NCBI GenBank assembly: GCA_039656555.1
Contig: JBDHLU010000005.1
Location: forward strand, 4,242-68,241
Direction of reading: 5' to 3'
Length of the DNA: 64,000 bases
DNA from: Gemmatimonadota bacterium
Lineage (GTDB): Bacteria; Gemmatimonadota; Gemmatimonadetes; Gemmatimonadales; GWC2-71-9
Below the pieces are notes generated by a model. That model was not told the origin of the DNA. It saw only the letters and a list, made by a program, of their open reading frames with translations, and searched no databases. Position numbers and translations under genes: made by a program. This document shows positions 8,699 to 17,923 of the stretch, piece after piece; position 1 is the stretch's first letter; the number at the start of each line of letters is the position of its first letter.

Positions 8699-9319
8699 AT
8701 GGCGCTTATCAAGTGTCCAGAATGCGGCCAAACGGTCCTGAGTGTGGCCTCGTTGTGTCCCCATTGCTCACATCAGCTTGGCCCGGATCCTGGACAATCG
8801 GTTGAGGTGAACGACTTGATGCAGTGTCGTCACTGCAACGAGCTCATGATCCGCCGGTCGAAGGTGTGCCCTCACTGCGGGCTCAAACAGCGCGGGAAAG
8901 GGCCAATTGTGGTCGCCGGCTTGGCGGCGGTGATCGTCCTTGTCGCCGGTGCCTTGATCATCAGAACCGACAGCACCGGCGGCAACTCGGCCTTGCCTAT
9001 CGTGGCTGCCCCGCCTGGGCAACCTACGGTAGCGCTCCCTGTTCAGGCTCCCGTCGACAGCACAGTGGCTCCCGATTCCCCGGCACCACGTCCCAGGCCT
9101 TCCGTTGCCACCGTTTCTCGGGTCGCTCAGGAGTGGGCCAACGTCCGGACTGGCCGAAATCTGAGCGCTGAGATAGTCGCGATACTCCGCCCCGGGCAGG
9201 AGGTAGCCGTTGCCGACCGCCGGGGTGGCTGGTGGTCGGTGTACCTGGGTGACAGCCTAGTTGGATACGTTTCGGCCAACCTGCTGGACACCATCGCCCC
9301 CTCGCCCGGCCTCCCTTAG
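8699..9319 (+). CDS. Double zinc-ribbon, single-TM, SH3b-domain protein
   Basis: 206 aa. CPECG...CPHC and CRHC...CPHCG zinc-ribbon pairs, TM helix IVVAGLAAVIVLVAGALII, Pro-rich linker, and a C-terminal SH3_3-like ..ANVRTGRNLSAEIVAILRPGQEVAVADRRGGWWSVYL..GYV.... A GGAGA lies upstream of the ATG. Confidence 0.65.
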   Translation: MALIKCPECGQTVLSVASLCPHCSHQLGPDPGQSVEVNDLMQCRHCNELMIRRSKVCPHCGLKQRGKGPIVVAGLAAVIVLVAGALIIRTDSTGGNSALPIVAAPPGQPTVALPVQAPVDSTVAPDSPAPRPRPSVATVSRVAQEWANVRTGRNLSAEIVAILRPGQEVAVADRRGGWWSVYLGDSLVGYVSANLLDTIAPSPGLP

Positions 9320-9330
9320 GAGCGTCGCCG

Positions 9331-10077
9331 TCAGCGATACTCCGGATTGGGATGGTCGAACCTGCACCCTGCATCCCATTCGGATCGCTGATTGCCGTGC
9401 GCCGGAATCCCACCCGCCGCGGTGATCATCAGCGCCATGTGCATCAGGTTCCAGGTCATGAACGTCGTGTTGCGGTTGGTGAATTCGTTCTCCGGACCTC
9501 CGGACCCCTCGTCGAGATACGATGGGCCAGGGCCCGCCTCTCCGATCCATCCGGCGTCTGCCTGCGGGGGAATCACGTAACCGAGGTGCTGTAACGAATA
9601 CAGGATGTTCATGGCGCAGTGCTTCACGCCGTCCTCGTTTCCGGTTATCAGGCAGCCGCCCACCCTTCCATAGTAGGCGTATTGACCCGCGTCATTGAGG
9701 TCCCCGGACGTCGAGTACAACCGCTCGATGATTTGCGTGCACACGGATGACTTCTCGCCCAACCAGATGGGCGATCCGATGACTAGAATATCGGCTGCTT
9801 TGACTTTCTCATAGATCTTGGGCCAGGCATCCCGTTTCCACCCATGTTCGGTCATGTCCGGGTATACCCCAAACGCGAGTTCGGCGTCCACCGGTCGGAC
9901 AATTTCGGTGGTGATGCCGTTCTTCTCCATGATCGCAGTCGATATACGAATGAGGCCCTCGGTGTGGGACACTTCGGGAGACCGTTTGAGCGTGCAGTTT
10001 AGGAACAGCGCCCGGAGGCGGGAGAAATCCCAGTCGTGAGTCTCGCACATCTCTTTTTGCTTTTCGTTTAGGGGCAC
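9331..10077 (-). CDS. Flavodoxin-like fold NAD(P)H-dependent FMN reductase family protein
   Basis: 248 aa. ..ALFLNCTLKRSP..SHT.. and ..ADILVIGSPIWLGEKSS.. are typical of multimeric flavodoxin / FMN reductase proteins. Confidence 0.7.
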   Translation of the reverse strand: MPLNEKQKEMCETHDWDFSRLRALFLNCTLKRSPEVSHTEGLIRISTAIMEKNGITTEIVRPVDAELAFGVYPDMTEHGWKRDAWPKIYEKVKAADILVIGSPIWLGEKSSVCTQIIERLYSTSGDLNDAGQYAYYGRVGGCLITGNEDGVKHCAMNILYSLQHLGYVIPPQADAGWIGEAGPGPSYLDEGSGGPENEFTNRNTTFMTWNLMHMALMITAAGGIPAHGNQRSEWDAGCRFDHPNPEYR

Positions 10078-10238
10078 GGCGTATTCTCCGCTGGGGTGTG
10101 GGTGGAATCTAGGAAACGCTCAATCACCCGGTGTGTTCCAGAGCCGGTCGGGGAGATTCCCGAAGTCTGGGCGGTCTCCACATCAAAGTGGAACCCCGGC
10201 AGCGTGGAAAGCGTTGTCCTATGGACTAGGAGAATATC

Positions 10239-10763
10239 ATGCATACCGAACGCGAATTCGAGGTAGTCCTCCACGATGGCCGGACCACTGAAATCCGCGG
10301 CGTCGATAGCGACGAGGAGGCTCGCATCGCATCGCTGCTCGGGATGACCGGTGACATAGACCCTGGGGCACGGCAAGAGATGGAGGCTCGTGGGTGTTGC
10401 TCGGCTTGGGGGGCATATGCGGACTTGGATGGCCACCAGCAAGCTGTGGGTTTGGCTCGATACGTTCAAAGTGACGACGAGCGATCGGCAGATATCGAAG
10501 TGCGAGTGGCCGGCGCACTCCGCAGCGTTGGACTCGGCAAGTTGCTATTTGAGACTTTGATCCTGAATGCGCTCGAGCACGGGTTGGATGTTTTGGTTGC
10601 CCGTGTCACCCGCCACAGCCGAGTGGCTCAACGACTGACCAAGGAAGCGTCGCGGGTTTGGATGTCAGGGGCCAACGTCCACGTCGAGATACCCGTGAAC
10701 TTGGGGCACCGGACGCTCAAGATGTCCACCGCGGTGCCGAAGGCTCGGCGACGGGTGGGGTAA
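10239..10763 (+). CDS. Putative GNAT-family N-acetyltransferase-like protein
   Basis: 174 aa with AGGAG 7 nt upstream of the ATG. ..IEVRVAGALRSVGLGKLLFETLILNALEHGLDVLVARV.. resembles GNAT motif A (R/Q-x-x-G-x-G/A). Weak assignment. Confidence 0.4.
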   Translation: MHTEREFEVVLHDGRTTEIRGVDSDEEARIASLLGMTGDIDPGARQEMEARGCCSAWGAYADLDGHQQAVGLARYVQSDDERSADIEVRVAGALRSVGLGKLLFETLILNALEHGLDVLVARVTRHSRVAQRLTKEASRVWMSGANVHVEIPVNLGHRTLKMSTAVPKARRRVG

Positions 10764-10771
10764 GCGCTTAG

Positions 10772-11020
10772 CTACTCGTTTCCCTGCCCGAGCTGGGCTT
10801 GTTGTTTAACTTCCGTGAGGACGCGCTCGTGAAAATCGAGGCGCTCCTCGAGCTCCAACATGCGGCTCTCCAGCTCTTCCACCCGTTCGTCTGAGGCGGA
10901 GACGGGCTTCGCCGTACTTGCCATGACCTTTCTGATGACGGTGAAGGCCCCGACCCCAAGCACAGCGATCGTGCTGGCAACCATCATGAACCCGACGACG
11001 GGAATCAGGTCATAAGGCAT
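10772..11020 (-). CDS. Small single-pass membrane protein with C-terminal coiled coil (PspB-like architecture)
   Basis: 82 aa. N-terminal TM IPVVGFMMVASTIAVLGVGAFTVI, then RVEELESRMLELEERLDFHERVL. Start overlaps the end of the upstream FAD-subunit gene. Confidence 0.5.
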   Translation of the reverse strand: MPYDLIPVVGFMMVASTIAVLGVGAFTVIRKVMASTAKPVSASDERVEELESRMLELEERLDFHERVLTEVKQQAQLGQGNE

Positions 11021-12023
11021 TCGGCCCCCTTAAACGATGTCGGTCGCGGAGTTCGCGAAAGGCGCGAGCTACAAACTCGCGGGTCATCTCTTTCCGCCAG
11101 CCCAGTCCGAAATCGGTATTGTCCATGGGCTTGGCCGGTTTGAACGCAGCGTCTGCTGCTGCGGCGATGTTCTCATCCTCTAGGCTCGAGCCGATCACGG
11201 CCTGTGCCGACTCAGGCACGTCGTATGGGTAGCTGGCGACGGCACCGAGCACAACTCTCGCGTCGGCGATGAGGTCGCCTTCCCACCGCGCCCACGCTGC
11301 GACGCCGAGCACCGGAAAGTCGAAGGAACCTCGCCGTCGCAGCTTGAGGTACGTTGCATCCCATCCGTCGACGGCCGGTAATTGCACCTCAGTGAGAATC
11401 TCGTCGGGCTGTTTTGACAGGTAGACAATTCCATCATTGTTGAAGAAGTTGGCGGCTGGCACTACGCGCTCGCCTTTCGGGCTCACCAGAACGAACTCCG
11501 CACCGATGGCCACCATGACCGGAGCTGTGTCGCTCGAATTGACCGCCCAACATCTCGGGCTCGATGGTGCGACCCAGCAGATCTTGCCGTCCTTCTTCAT
11601 GCAGAAGTCGATCGACTTCCGCCATTCGTAGCTCTGGTTGTAGTAATTGCACCGTGTGTCTAGGCAGAGGTTCCCCCCAAGCGTGCCCATGTTCCGGAGT
11701 AAGGGCGTACTCACGAGGTAGGCTGCTCGAGCAAGCGCCGGGTGTGCTCTCAACACTCTCTTGTGCGTGTGGAGATCGGTCAATGTGACGCCGGCGCTTA
11801 CCGACATCGCCGATCCCTTGGTGCCACCGGTGATCCGCTTCAACGCTTTGATCCCACCAAGTGCGATGACGACCTTAGGTTCTTGGTGGCGCCGTTTCAT
11901 GTTCGGGTATAAATCCGTTCCCCCGGCGACGTACGTCGCATCCGGCCCGTAGTCGCTCTTCATCTTGAGCGCTTGGTGCAGCGTCTTCGGTTGCAGGTAT
12001 CGAAATGACGGAAGGCGCAGCAT
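11010..12023 (-). CDS. Xanthine dehydrogenase / CO dehydrogenase-family FAD-binding (medium) subunit
   Basis: 337 aa. FAD-binding ..YVAGGTDLYPNMK.. and ..NMGTLGGNL... Adjacent to the large and small subunits. Confidence 0.85.
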   Translation of the reverse strand: MLRLPSFRYLQPKTLHQALKMKSDYGPDATYVAGGTDLYPNMKRRHQEPKVVIALGGIKALKRITGGTKGSAMSVSAGVTLTDLHTHKRVLRAHPALARAAYLVSTPLLRNMGTLGGNLCLDTRCNYYNQSYEWRKSIDFCMKKDGKICWVAPSSPRCWAVNSSDTAPVMVAIGAEFVLVSPKGERVVPAANFFNNDGIVYLSKQPDEILTEVQLPAVDGWDATYLKLRRRGSFDFPVLGVAAWARWEGDLIADARVVLGAVASYPYDVPESAQAVIGSSLEDENIAAAADAAFKPAKPMDNTDFGLGWRKEMTREFVARAFRELRDRHRLRGPNAL

Positions 12024-12026
12024 GAT

Positions 12027-14465
12027 CTATTTCAACGCCTTCCCGTTGCCACCTTCCCAGGGGGGTGGCACACGTATGGCGTCGGGCCACGGAACATCGG
12101 GGAACGAGGTCGGACCGACCCGCGGTTCCTTGCCGGCCGCTTTCTGTTTGAGTGCCTTCTTCACTTTCTCTGCTGTGATCGGCACCTCGTCGATCCGCAC
12201 TCCAACCGCATCGTACACGGCGTTGGCCAGAGCAGGGGGGACTGGAAGCAGCGGTCCTTGCCCGACTTCCTTGGCGCCGAAAGGCCCGTTCGGATCCGGG
12301 TCTTCGATGAGGTAGGTGACGACGTCGCACATCTCGAAGGTCGTCGGGCTCTTATACTCGAGCATGCTGGGAATCTTGTGAACGACCTGCTCGTTGGTAC
12401 GCAGGCGATACGCCATCTCTTCCATCAACGCTTCGCCGAGTCCCATGTAGACGCCGCCTTCGACCTGTCCCATCACACTTGCTGGATTGATCGACTGTCC
12501 GATGTCGTGGCCAATCCAAATGCGAGGAACCGTGATGATGCCGGTGTCGGGGTCGACTTCGGCCTCCACGATGGCGGCACTGTACGAGTACGTAGGTGAA
12601 GGTCCGACCCCTGCCCCTCGGTAGCGACCGGGACTGCGAGGCGGCGAGTACGACCCGACGGTGCCAACCGTTCCCTGTGCTGCTTCGGCAAGCTGTACCG
12701 CGCCAGCGAAGGTTACACCCTGGTCGGGATGCTCGGCGTCGACCACCCGGCCTTCGGCAAAGACCAGGCGCTGCACTGGAATCTCCAGCTTCTGGGCGAC
12801 ATGGGTCGCCAGTATGTCTCGTGCCCGTTCGGCCGCCTGCACCGCCGCATTCCCGGTCATGAGTGTGACTCGACTCGAGTAGCTGCCCAGGTCTACTGGG
12901 GTAAGCGACGTGTCTCCGGCAATTACCTGGATGTCCTGCATGTCCAGGCCGAGGACTTCCCCGACGATGTGGGCGAGGATCGTGTCGGACCCTTGCCCGA
13001 TTTCCGTAGAGCCACAGAACACCGTAACGCCACCGCCACGATCGAGCTTCAGTTGCACGCCCGAGTGCGGCATGTCGTTCCAATAGATGGGAAGGCCTGC
13101 GCCGGTCAGGTAACTGGAGCAGGCAAGACCAACACCTCTACCATAGGGGAGCTTACGGAACTTATTAGCCCAGTCCGAGCCTTCCACCACCTTCTCTATG
13201 CATTGGCGCAGACCAATCGTGCCGATCTTGATCCAGTTCGCCGTCACGCTGTCTGGCTTGGCGAGGTGTTGCAAGCGGATCTCAGCCGGATCGACGTCGA
13301 GGTCTTCAGCCAGCTTGTCGAGGTGCACCTCGAGCGCAAAACGGGGCTGTGGCGTGCCATGACCCCGCTTCGGACCGCAGGGCGGTTTGTTGGTGAAGGC
13401 GCGTGCACCCTGGAATCGATACCGCTCTATTTCGTACGTGACGGTCTGGAGCGCTCCCGTGTAGTACGTGCTTGCAACGCCATAGGAACCGTAGGCACCT
13501 CCGTCGAGCAACGACCGGAAGTGCATACCCTTGATCCGGCCAGTCTCGTCGACACCAGTTCGCACCGACATCAACACGGGGTGGCGGCCGCGATGGCAGT
13601 AAAAGACCTCTTCTCGCGTGAGGGCGATCTTCACGGGCCGGCCCGTCAACATCGCCATCTTGGCGGCCACCATCTCGTGGCTGAAGGGATCGCTCTTGCC
13701 GCCGAACCCGCCGCCGTTCGGGCAGGCGATCACTCGTATGCGGGCGGGCGGGAGTTCCAACACTTCGGCGAGCGCACGATGCACGTAGTGCGGTGTCTGC
13801 GTGGAACTCCACAGTGTGATCTTCTCGTCGACCCATTGTGCCACGCATGCGTGCTGTTCCATGGGAAGGTGTGTGTTGCCTTCGAAGAACGAAAAATCTT
13901 CGCGCACGTGATGTGCGTTGGCAATCGCTTCGTCGACATCACCGAACTCGAGGTGTACCAGCTTATGGATGTTGCCGTGATCTCCATAGTCGTGAATCGG
14001 GTCATCCGTATCGCGCAATGCGTCTTGCGGCGTACGAACACATGGGAGTGACTCATACTGCACGTCGATCAATTCCAGCGCAGCGGTGGCGATTTCTTCG
14101 GTCGTTGCAGCAACAGCCGCGACGGGATCACCTACGAAGCGGACTCGATCGAGACACAACGCATGTTCGTCCTGACTGACCGGAAGAATGCCGAACGGGA
14201 TGGGAAGCGTCTGCCCGGTCATTACGGCTTTCACGCCGTCGAGGGCCTCCGCCTTCGACGTATCGACCGACACGATGCGGGCATGGGTCTCGGTGGATCG
14301 GAGGATCCTGCCGAACAGCATGCGCGGGAGTTTGATGTCATCCGCAAAGACCGTTTGGCCTGTGACTTTAGCAAACGCGTCAACTTTGCGACGAGGTTGA
14401 CCAACCAATCGCAAGGCGGGAAGGGTCGGCCCGTTTGGGATCGAGCCTACCTTACCGTCTCCCAT
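12027..14465 (-). CDS. Xanthine dehydrogenase-family molybdopterin-binding (large) subunit; substrate unknown
   Basis: ..CPNGGGFGGKSD.. and ..GTEIGQGSDT.. motifs. Start set at ATG 14465, preceded by GGAGGAG; the track ORF starts 54 nt further upstream. Confidence 0.85.
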   Translation of the reverse strand: MGDGKVGSIPNGPTLPALRLVGQPRRKVDAFAKVTGQTVFADDIKLPRMLFGRILRSTETHARIVSVDTSKAEALDGVKAVMTGQTLPIPFGILPVSQDEHALCLDRVRFVGDPVAAVAATTEEIATAALELIDVQYESLPCVRTPQDALRDTDDPIHDYGDHGNIHKLVHLEFGDVDEAIANAHHVREDFSFFEGNTHLPMEQHACVAQWVDEKITLWSSTQTPHYVHRALAEVLELPPARIRVIACPNGGGFGGKSDPFSHEMVAAKMAMLTGRPVKIALTREEVFYCHRGRHPVLMSVRTGVDETGRIKGMHFRSLLDGGAYGSYGVASTYYTGALQTVTYEIERYRFQGARAFTNKPPCGPKRGHGTPQPRFALEVHLDKLAEDLDVDPAEIRLQHLAKPDSVTANWIKIGTIGLRQCIEKVVEGSDWANKFRKLPYGRGVGLACSSYLTGAGLPIYWNDMPHSGVQLKLDRGGGVTVFCGSTEIGQGSDTILAHIVGEVLGLDMQDIQVIAGDTSLTPVDLGSYSSRVTLMTGNAAVQAAERARDILATHVAQKLEIPVQRLVFAEGRVVDAEHPDQGVTFAGAVQLAEAAQGTVGTVGSYSPPRSPGRYRGAGVGPSPTYSYSAAIVEAEVDPDTGIITVPRIWIGHDIGQSINPASVMGQVEGGVYMGLGEALMEEMAYRLRTNEQVVHKIPSMLEYKSPTTFEMCDVVTYLIEDPDPNGPFGAKEVGQGPLLPVPPALANAVYDAVGVRIDEVPITAEKVKKALKQKAAGKEPRVGPTSFPDVPWPDAIRVPPPWEGGNGKALK

Positions 14466-14991
14466 AGATACTCTCCTCCGTCGGCCTAGCTTCCTCGCCA
14501 CGCATTTGGGCTGCGGCAAGTTCTACGGCCTCGTAGATCTTCAGGTAACCCGTGCACCGGCACAGGTTGCCGGCCAACGCATCCTTGATCTCATCACGGG
14601 ACGGACTCGGATTGTCTTCGATCAATTTCTGCGCAGTGAGAAGAAACCCCGGCGTACAGTAGCCGCACTGGGCGGCACCGAGGTCGGCGAACGTCGTTTG
14701 TAGAGGATGCAAGTCCGGCCCGTTTGCCATTCCCTCGACGGTACCGACGCTCCGCCCTTCGCAAGCAAGCCCCAGGACCAGACACGACAACACGGGCTGA
14801 CCGTCGAGTAGTACCGTGCAGGTGCCACACTCGCCCAATTCGCAGCCGTGTTTTGTTCCGGTGAGGTCGAGGTCCTCGCGGAGCACCTCGAGCAGCGTCT
14901 TGTGTGGAGCAAAGGCGACCTCGGTCGGGTCGCCGTTCAGCACCAACTTGATGTGTGCCTTGCCGTCAGCCTCAGCTCTGTGGCTGGCCAA
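14452..14991 (-). CDS. (2Fe-2S)-binding small subunit of the Mo-hydroxylase
   Basis: 179 aa with cluster motifs CELGECGTCTV, CGYCTPG and CRCTGY. Confidence 0.9.
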   Translation of the reverse strand: MASHRAEADGKAHIKLVLNGDPTEVAFAPHKTLLEVLREDLDLTGTKHGCELGECGTCTVLLDGQPVLSCLVLGLACEGRSVGTVEGMANGPDLHPLQTTFADLGAAQCGYCTPGFLLTAQKLIEDNPSPSRDEIKDALAGNLCRCTGYLKIYEAVELAAAQMRGEEARPTEESIYGRR

Positions 14992-15211
14992 AGAGAAACG
15001 TCTCCGTCTGTTGCATCAGGAATTTGCGCGGTTCCGCTTCCCGAAGGTCCAATCCGTAGTGGTTGATGATCGCAGTCTGCTCTTCCAACCACTCTTTCCA
15101 GCACACCTGGCATATGGTATCGAAAATGCGACCCCCAAGTTCGTTCGGAAGTGGGGGCGCCGCCATCTGGTCTCGGGTTTCGCTGCATCGGACGCAGGTG
15201 ATATCAGCCAT
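14972..15211 (-). CDS. yggX: Fe(2+)-trafficking / oxidative-damage protection protein YggX
   Basis: 79 aa. MADITCVRCSE...PLPNELGGRIFDTICQVCWKEWLEEQTAIINHYGLDL...FLF matches the YggX pattern (compare E. coli ..[22 protein letters not shown]..MLINE..). Confidence 0.8.
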   Translation of the reverse strand: MADITCVRCSETRDQMAAPPLPNELGGRIFDTICQVCWKEWLEEQTAIINHYGLDLREAEPRKFLMQQTETFLFGQPQS

Positions 15212-15295
15212 GGACGGGAATGTAACCCGGAGCGCGCGAGGGTGCGAAGCGCTACTCTACTTGCTATGCCATCCCTTCTAACGTGAGCTTACCAA

Positions 15296-15484
15296 GTGAC
15301 CGCCCCCGTCGATCCCGGACTGTGTGGCCGCTGCCGGTTCGCGAAGTCAGTGACGTCAGATCGAGGCACCATATTCTGGCGCTGCGGATTGGCTGATGCT
15401 GACCCCAGGTATCCGAAGTACCCTCGCTTGCCGGTGATGGCATGTGACGGGTGGGGAGACAGCCGGGAAGGCGGGAAGGATTGA
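15296..15484 (+). CDS. Small Cys-rich conserved hypothetical protein (putative zinc-binding)
   Basis: 62 aa, GTG start. CGRC...C...PRYPKYPRLPVMAC pattern recalled from a widespread small-protein family. No clear SD. Confidence 0.45.
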   Translation: MTAPVDPGLCGRCRFAKSVTSDRGTIFWRCGLADADPRYPKYPRLPVMACDGWGDSREGGKD

Positions 15485-15491
15485 TGGACTA

Positions 15492-15938
15492 ATGAATGGA
15501 ACGACAGCGAGATGGTTTGGGGCGATCGCGTGCGTTTCGGTCGCGTGCGGCGCACCAGGGGTTGACGCGATCCGTACCCGTGACATCACGGAGGCGATGA
15601 CGGCGCTCGAAACCAACCTTTCGGCGATTCGGCGACGCGATACCGAAGCCTACCTCACGCACTACATCGATTCGCCGGATCTTGTCATCGCCACTGCAGA
15701 TTCACTCCGCCGGGGGTTTCTGTTCTTTGCGGAGGCGCGCCGCGCCGATCCAACGTGGCCGGACGCATTGGAGACCGGACCACCGACGATGGTGTGGCTC
15801 GCGCCCGGTGTAGTGTGGGCGGGGTTTGAGTTCACCGCGGTCATCGGGCTCGACACGACGCGGGGGGTGTCGGAACGTGTGTTCGTCAAGACGTCCCGTG
15901 GGTGGAAGATTTCCATCACCGGCTCGATGGAACAGTAG
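15492..15938 (+). CDS. NTF2-like (SnoaL/DUF4440-type) lipoprotein
   Basis: Start moved to ATG 15492, giving signal plus lipobox MNGTTARWFGAIACVSVAC. The remainder (..AIRRRDTEAYLTHY.., ..VFVKTSRGWKI..) is typical of the NTF2-like fold. Confidence 0.6.
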   Translation: MNGTTARWFGAIACVSVACGAPGVDAIRTRDITEAMTALETNLSAIRRRDTEAYLTHYIDSPDLVIATADSLRRGFLFFAEARRADPTWPDALETGPPTMVWLAPGVVWAGFEFTAVIGLDTTRGVSERVFVKTSRGWKISITGSMEQ

Positions 15939-15967
15939 AGGTTCTACCAACTAATCCAGGAGACTCG

Positions 15968-16399
15968 ATGCGCAAAGTCACCATAACCATCGCGGCTCTC
16001 TCGCTCTTGGCAGTACCGGCGATGAGTCAGGAGAAGCAAATCGTAGTGCCTGCTGAGGGTGACTTTCCGTTTTCCCCCGTTGTCCGCGCCGGCGACCTCT
16101 TGTTCCTATCCGGTCAGATCGGCACGGTGACGGGCGGTGGGCTCGTCGAAGGTGGGATTGGGCCGGAAACCCGGCAGACGATGGAGAACATCAAGGCGGT
16201 TCTTGGAGCGGCTGGAAGCTCCTTGGACAAAGTGGTCAAATGCACCGTGTTTCTTGCCGACATCGCCGAATGGCCGGCGATGAACGAGGTATACCGGACC
16301 TACTTCCCAACCGACCCTCCAGCCCGTTCTGCTGTGGCTGGGAGCGGCCTGGCCCTGAATTCGCGGGTCGAAATCGAGTGTATCGCGTTGGCGGGCTAA
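15968..16399 (+). CDS. RidA/YjgF-family reactive-intermediate deaminase, secreted form
   Basis: Start at ATG 15968 (AGGAG upstream). Signal peptide MRKVTITIAALSLLAVPAMSQ. ..AGDLLFLSGQIG.., ..KCTVFLADI.., ..PARSAV..LALNSRVEIECIA.. are RidA motifs. Confidence 0.8.
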   Translation: MRKVTITIAALSLLAVPAMSQEKQIVVPAEGDFPFSPVVRAGDLLFLSGQIGTVTGGGLVEGGIGPETRQTMENIKAVLGAAGSSLDKVVKCTVFLADIAEWPAMNEVYRTYFPTDPPARSAVAGSGLALNSRVEIECIALAG

Positions 16400-16423
16400 C
16401 CCGGGGTCGATACATTCCGTGAC

Positions 16424-16939
16424 ATGAAGGCCACACGACAGCTAACCCGCCTGGAACCGATGGTACTCCAACCGCTCCGCGACCTCGACGAAGAATGGTG
16501 GCATCGGGCTCCTGAAGGGAAATGGACCATCGCGCAGATTCTCGAACACATGTCCATTGGAGTCGATCTTGTTGCTACGCTCTTGGGAGGACGCGCGGAC
16601 AAAAATAACATGCGCCGTCGGTCCAAACCGTATCAGAGCGTCCTGCGACATCTGTTACTGGGAGTGGGCCGCCATCCGGGCGGTCTCAAAGCGCCGGAGG
16701 CCTCACGTCCGAGCGACCACCCTGATCCTGAACTGATCACCGCGCAATTCCGGATGGGTGTGGAGCGGCTCAAAGAATATGACGAGATGTGGACCGATGA
16801 ACAGAAGGAGAATGTGTTCGTGGCGCATCCGCTACTTGGCGACCTCAATCTTCCAGAGTGGGCGCGCTTCCACTATCTGCATTGCCGTCACCATGTAGAG
16901 CAGATCAAGTGGCGGCGTAGGTGGTTGGATGTGCACTAG
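16424..16939 (+). CDS. DinB-superfamily protein (DUF1569-like)
   Basis: 171 aa. ..WTIAQILEHM.., ..HPLLGDLNLPEWARFHYLHCRHHVEQI.. resembles DUF1569/DinB_2. Confidence 0.65.
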   Translation: MKATRQLTRLEPMVLQPLRDLDEEWWHRAPEGKWTIAQILEHMSIGVDLVATLLGGRADKNNMRRRSKPYQSVLRHLLLGVGRHPGGLKAPEASRPSDHPDPELITAQFRMGVERLKEYDEMWTDEQKENVFVAHPLLGDLNLPEWARFHYLHCRHHVEQIKWRRRWLDVH

Positions 16940-16940
16940 G

Positions 16941-16973
16941 GGCGGTGGAATAGCGGAATAGCGCTATCCCGCC
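16941..16973. terminator. Possible bidirectional hairpin between convergent genes
   Basis: GGCGG-tgga-ATAGCG-gaatag-CGCTAT-c-CCGCC, lying between the DinB-like stop (16939) and overlapping the thrB stop (16964-16966). No clear U-tract. Confidence 0.3.
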
Positions 16974-17818
16974 AGTTCATATCCCGTCTTATTCACCGCT
17001 GGTGTCATCGCTTCCGCGCGGTTTCCGGCAGCAGTGAGTGCTTCGGCCATCGCGTTGGCCACCGACGGCGCCAGGTCCGATGTCGTAATAGCCAGGATCG
17101 CCGGGCCGCTTCCTGAAACCGTCACCCCAAACGCACCAGCGTGAAATCCGGCGTCCGCGGCGTCGCCGTACCCGATAATCATCTTCGTTCGATGGGGCGC
17201 GGCGATGCGGTCTTCGAATCCTCGTCGAACTAGATCCACGTCCCCTGTTGTGAGCCCATAGACGAGTGCGGCTGCCCCGGCGGCCTGTGCGACGGCATCG
17301 CTTCGAGGCAGTGAGTCCGGGAGGAGTTCTCGCGCTTCCTTGGTGTTGATGGTTCCGTCCGGCAAAGCCAAGGCGACGGCGAACTGCGGGTCGATTTTTA
17401 GCATCGCCGGCTTCGGGGACGACAAGACCAACCCCCCGTACACGGACGGCGCCGCATTGTCGGGATGACCGTCACGGTCGGCGGCGTTCTGGAACACACG
17501 ATCGCGATCCGGTTCCCGATGTCGAAGCGCCTCCCTGAGTGCGATGCCAGCCACAGCCGCTGCAGCCGACGATCCCAATCCCTTGGCGATCGGAATGTCG
17601 GAGTGGATTTCGAGGTGGTGATCTCCCGAAAGAGTCTCTCCGAGGACCTCGGAAACGATTTCGTGTTCGGGACTGATCTGTGCGACCGCTCCGGTAAATC
17701 TCGCAGGGCCACTTCCCAGCACGATACGGGCTTCGAGCCAGAGATCGAGTGCCAGCCCAAGACAGTCGAAGCCGGCGCCGAGGTTGGAGGTGGATCCGGG
17801 AACGCGGATTGTCAGCAT
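16964..17818 (-). CDS. thrB: Homoserine kinase
   Basis: Start at ATG 17818 (MLTIRVPGSTSNLGAGFDCLGLAL). GHMP-kinase motif PIAKGLGSSAAAAVAG. Confidence 0.85.
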   Translation of the reverse strand: MLTIRVPGSTSNLGAGFDCLGLALDLWLEARIVLGSGPARFTGAVAQISPEHEIVSEVLGETLSGDHHLEIHSDIPIAKGLGSSAAAAVAGIALREALRHREPDRDRVFQNAADRDGHPDNAAPSVYGGLVLSSPKPAMLKIDPQFAVALALPDGTINTKEARELLPDSLPRSDAVAQAAGAAALVYGLTTGDVDLVRRGFEDRIAAPHRTKMIIGYGDAADAGFHAGAFGVTVSGSGPAILAITTSDLAPSVANAMAEALTAAGNRAEAMTPAVNKTGYELAG

Positions 17819-17863
17819 GACTGCAAGTGTACCGTCGATAGTCGACCGTCGACAGGCCAAAGA

Positions 17864-17902
17864 AAAACCCACCCTCGGTTGGTCAACCGAGGGTGGGTTT
17901 TT
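17864..17902 (-). terminator. Rho-independent terminator after the efflux operon
   Basis: Minus-strand RNA reads AAAAACCCACCCUCGG-uugaccaa-CCGAGGGUGGGUUUUUCUUU. An 11-bp perfect GC-rich stem plus a U-tract, 22 nt after the permease stop. Confidence 0.85.
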
Positions 17903-17923
17903 CTCCTGCCGGGCGGGGCAAGG

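Noticed and set aside
12729-14051. 440-aa plus-strand ORF
   Set aside because: It is antisense to the well-supported molybdopterin large-subunit gene and has no motifs. It is a high-GC antisense artefact. The same reasoning applies to 38861..39757(-), 50102..50947(-), 50332..51033(-), 55242..56591(+), 59664..60497(+), 54186..54863(+), 43387..43917(-) and similar ORFs.
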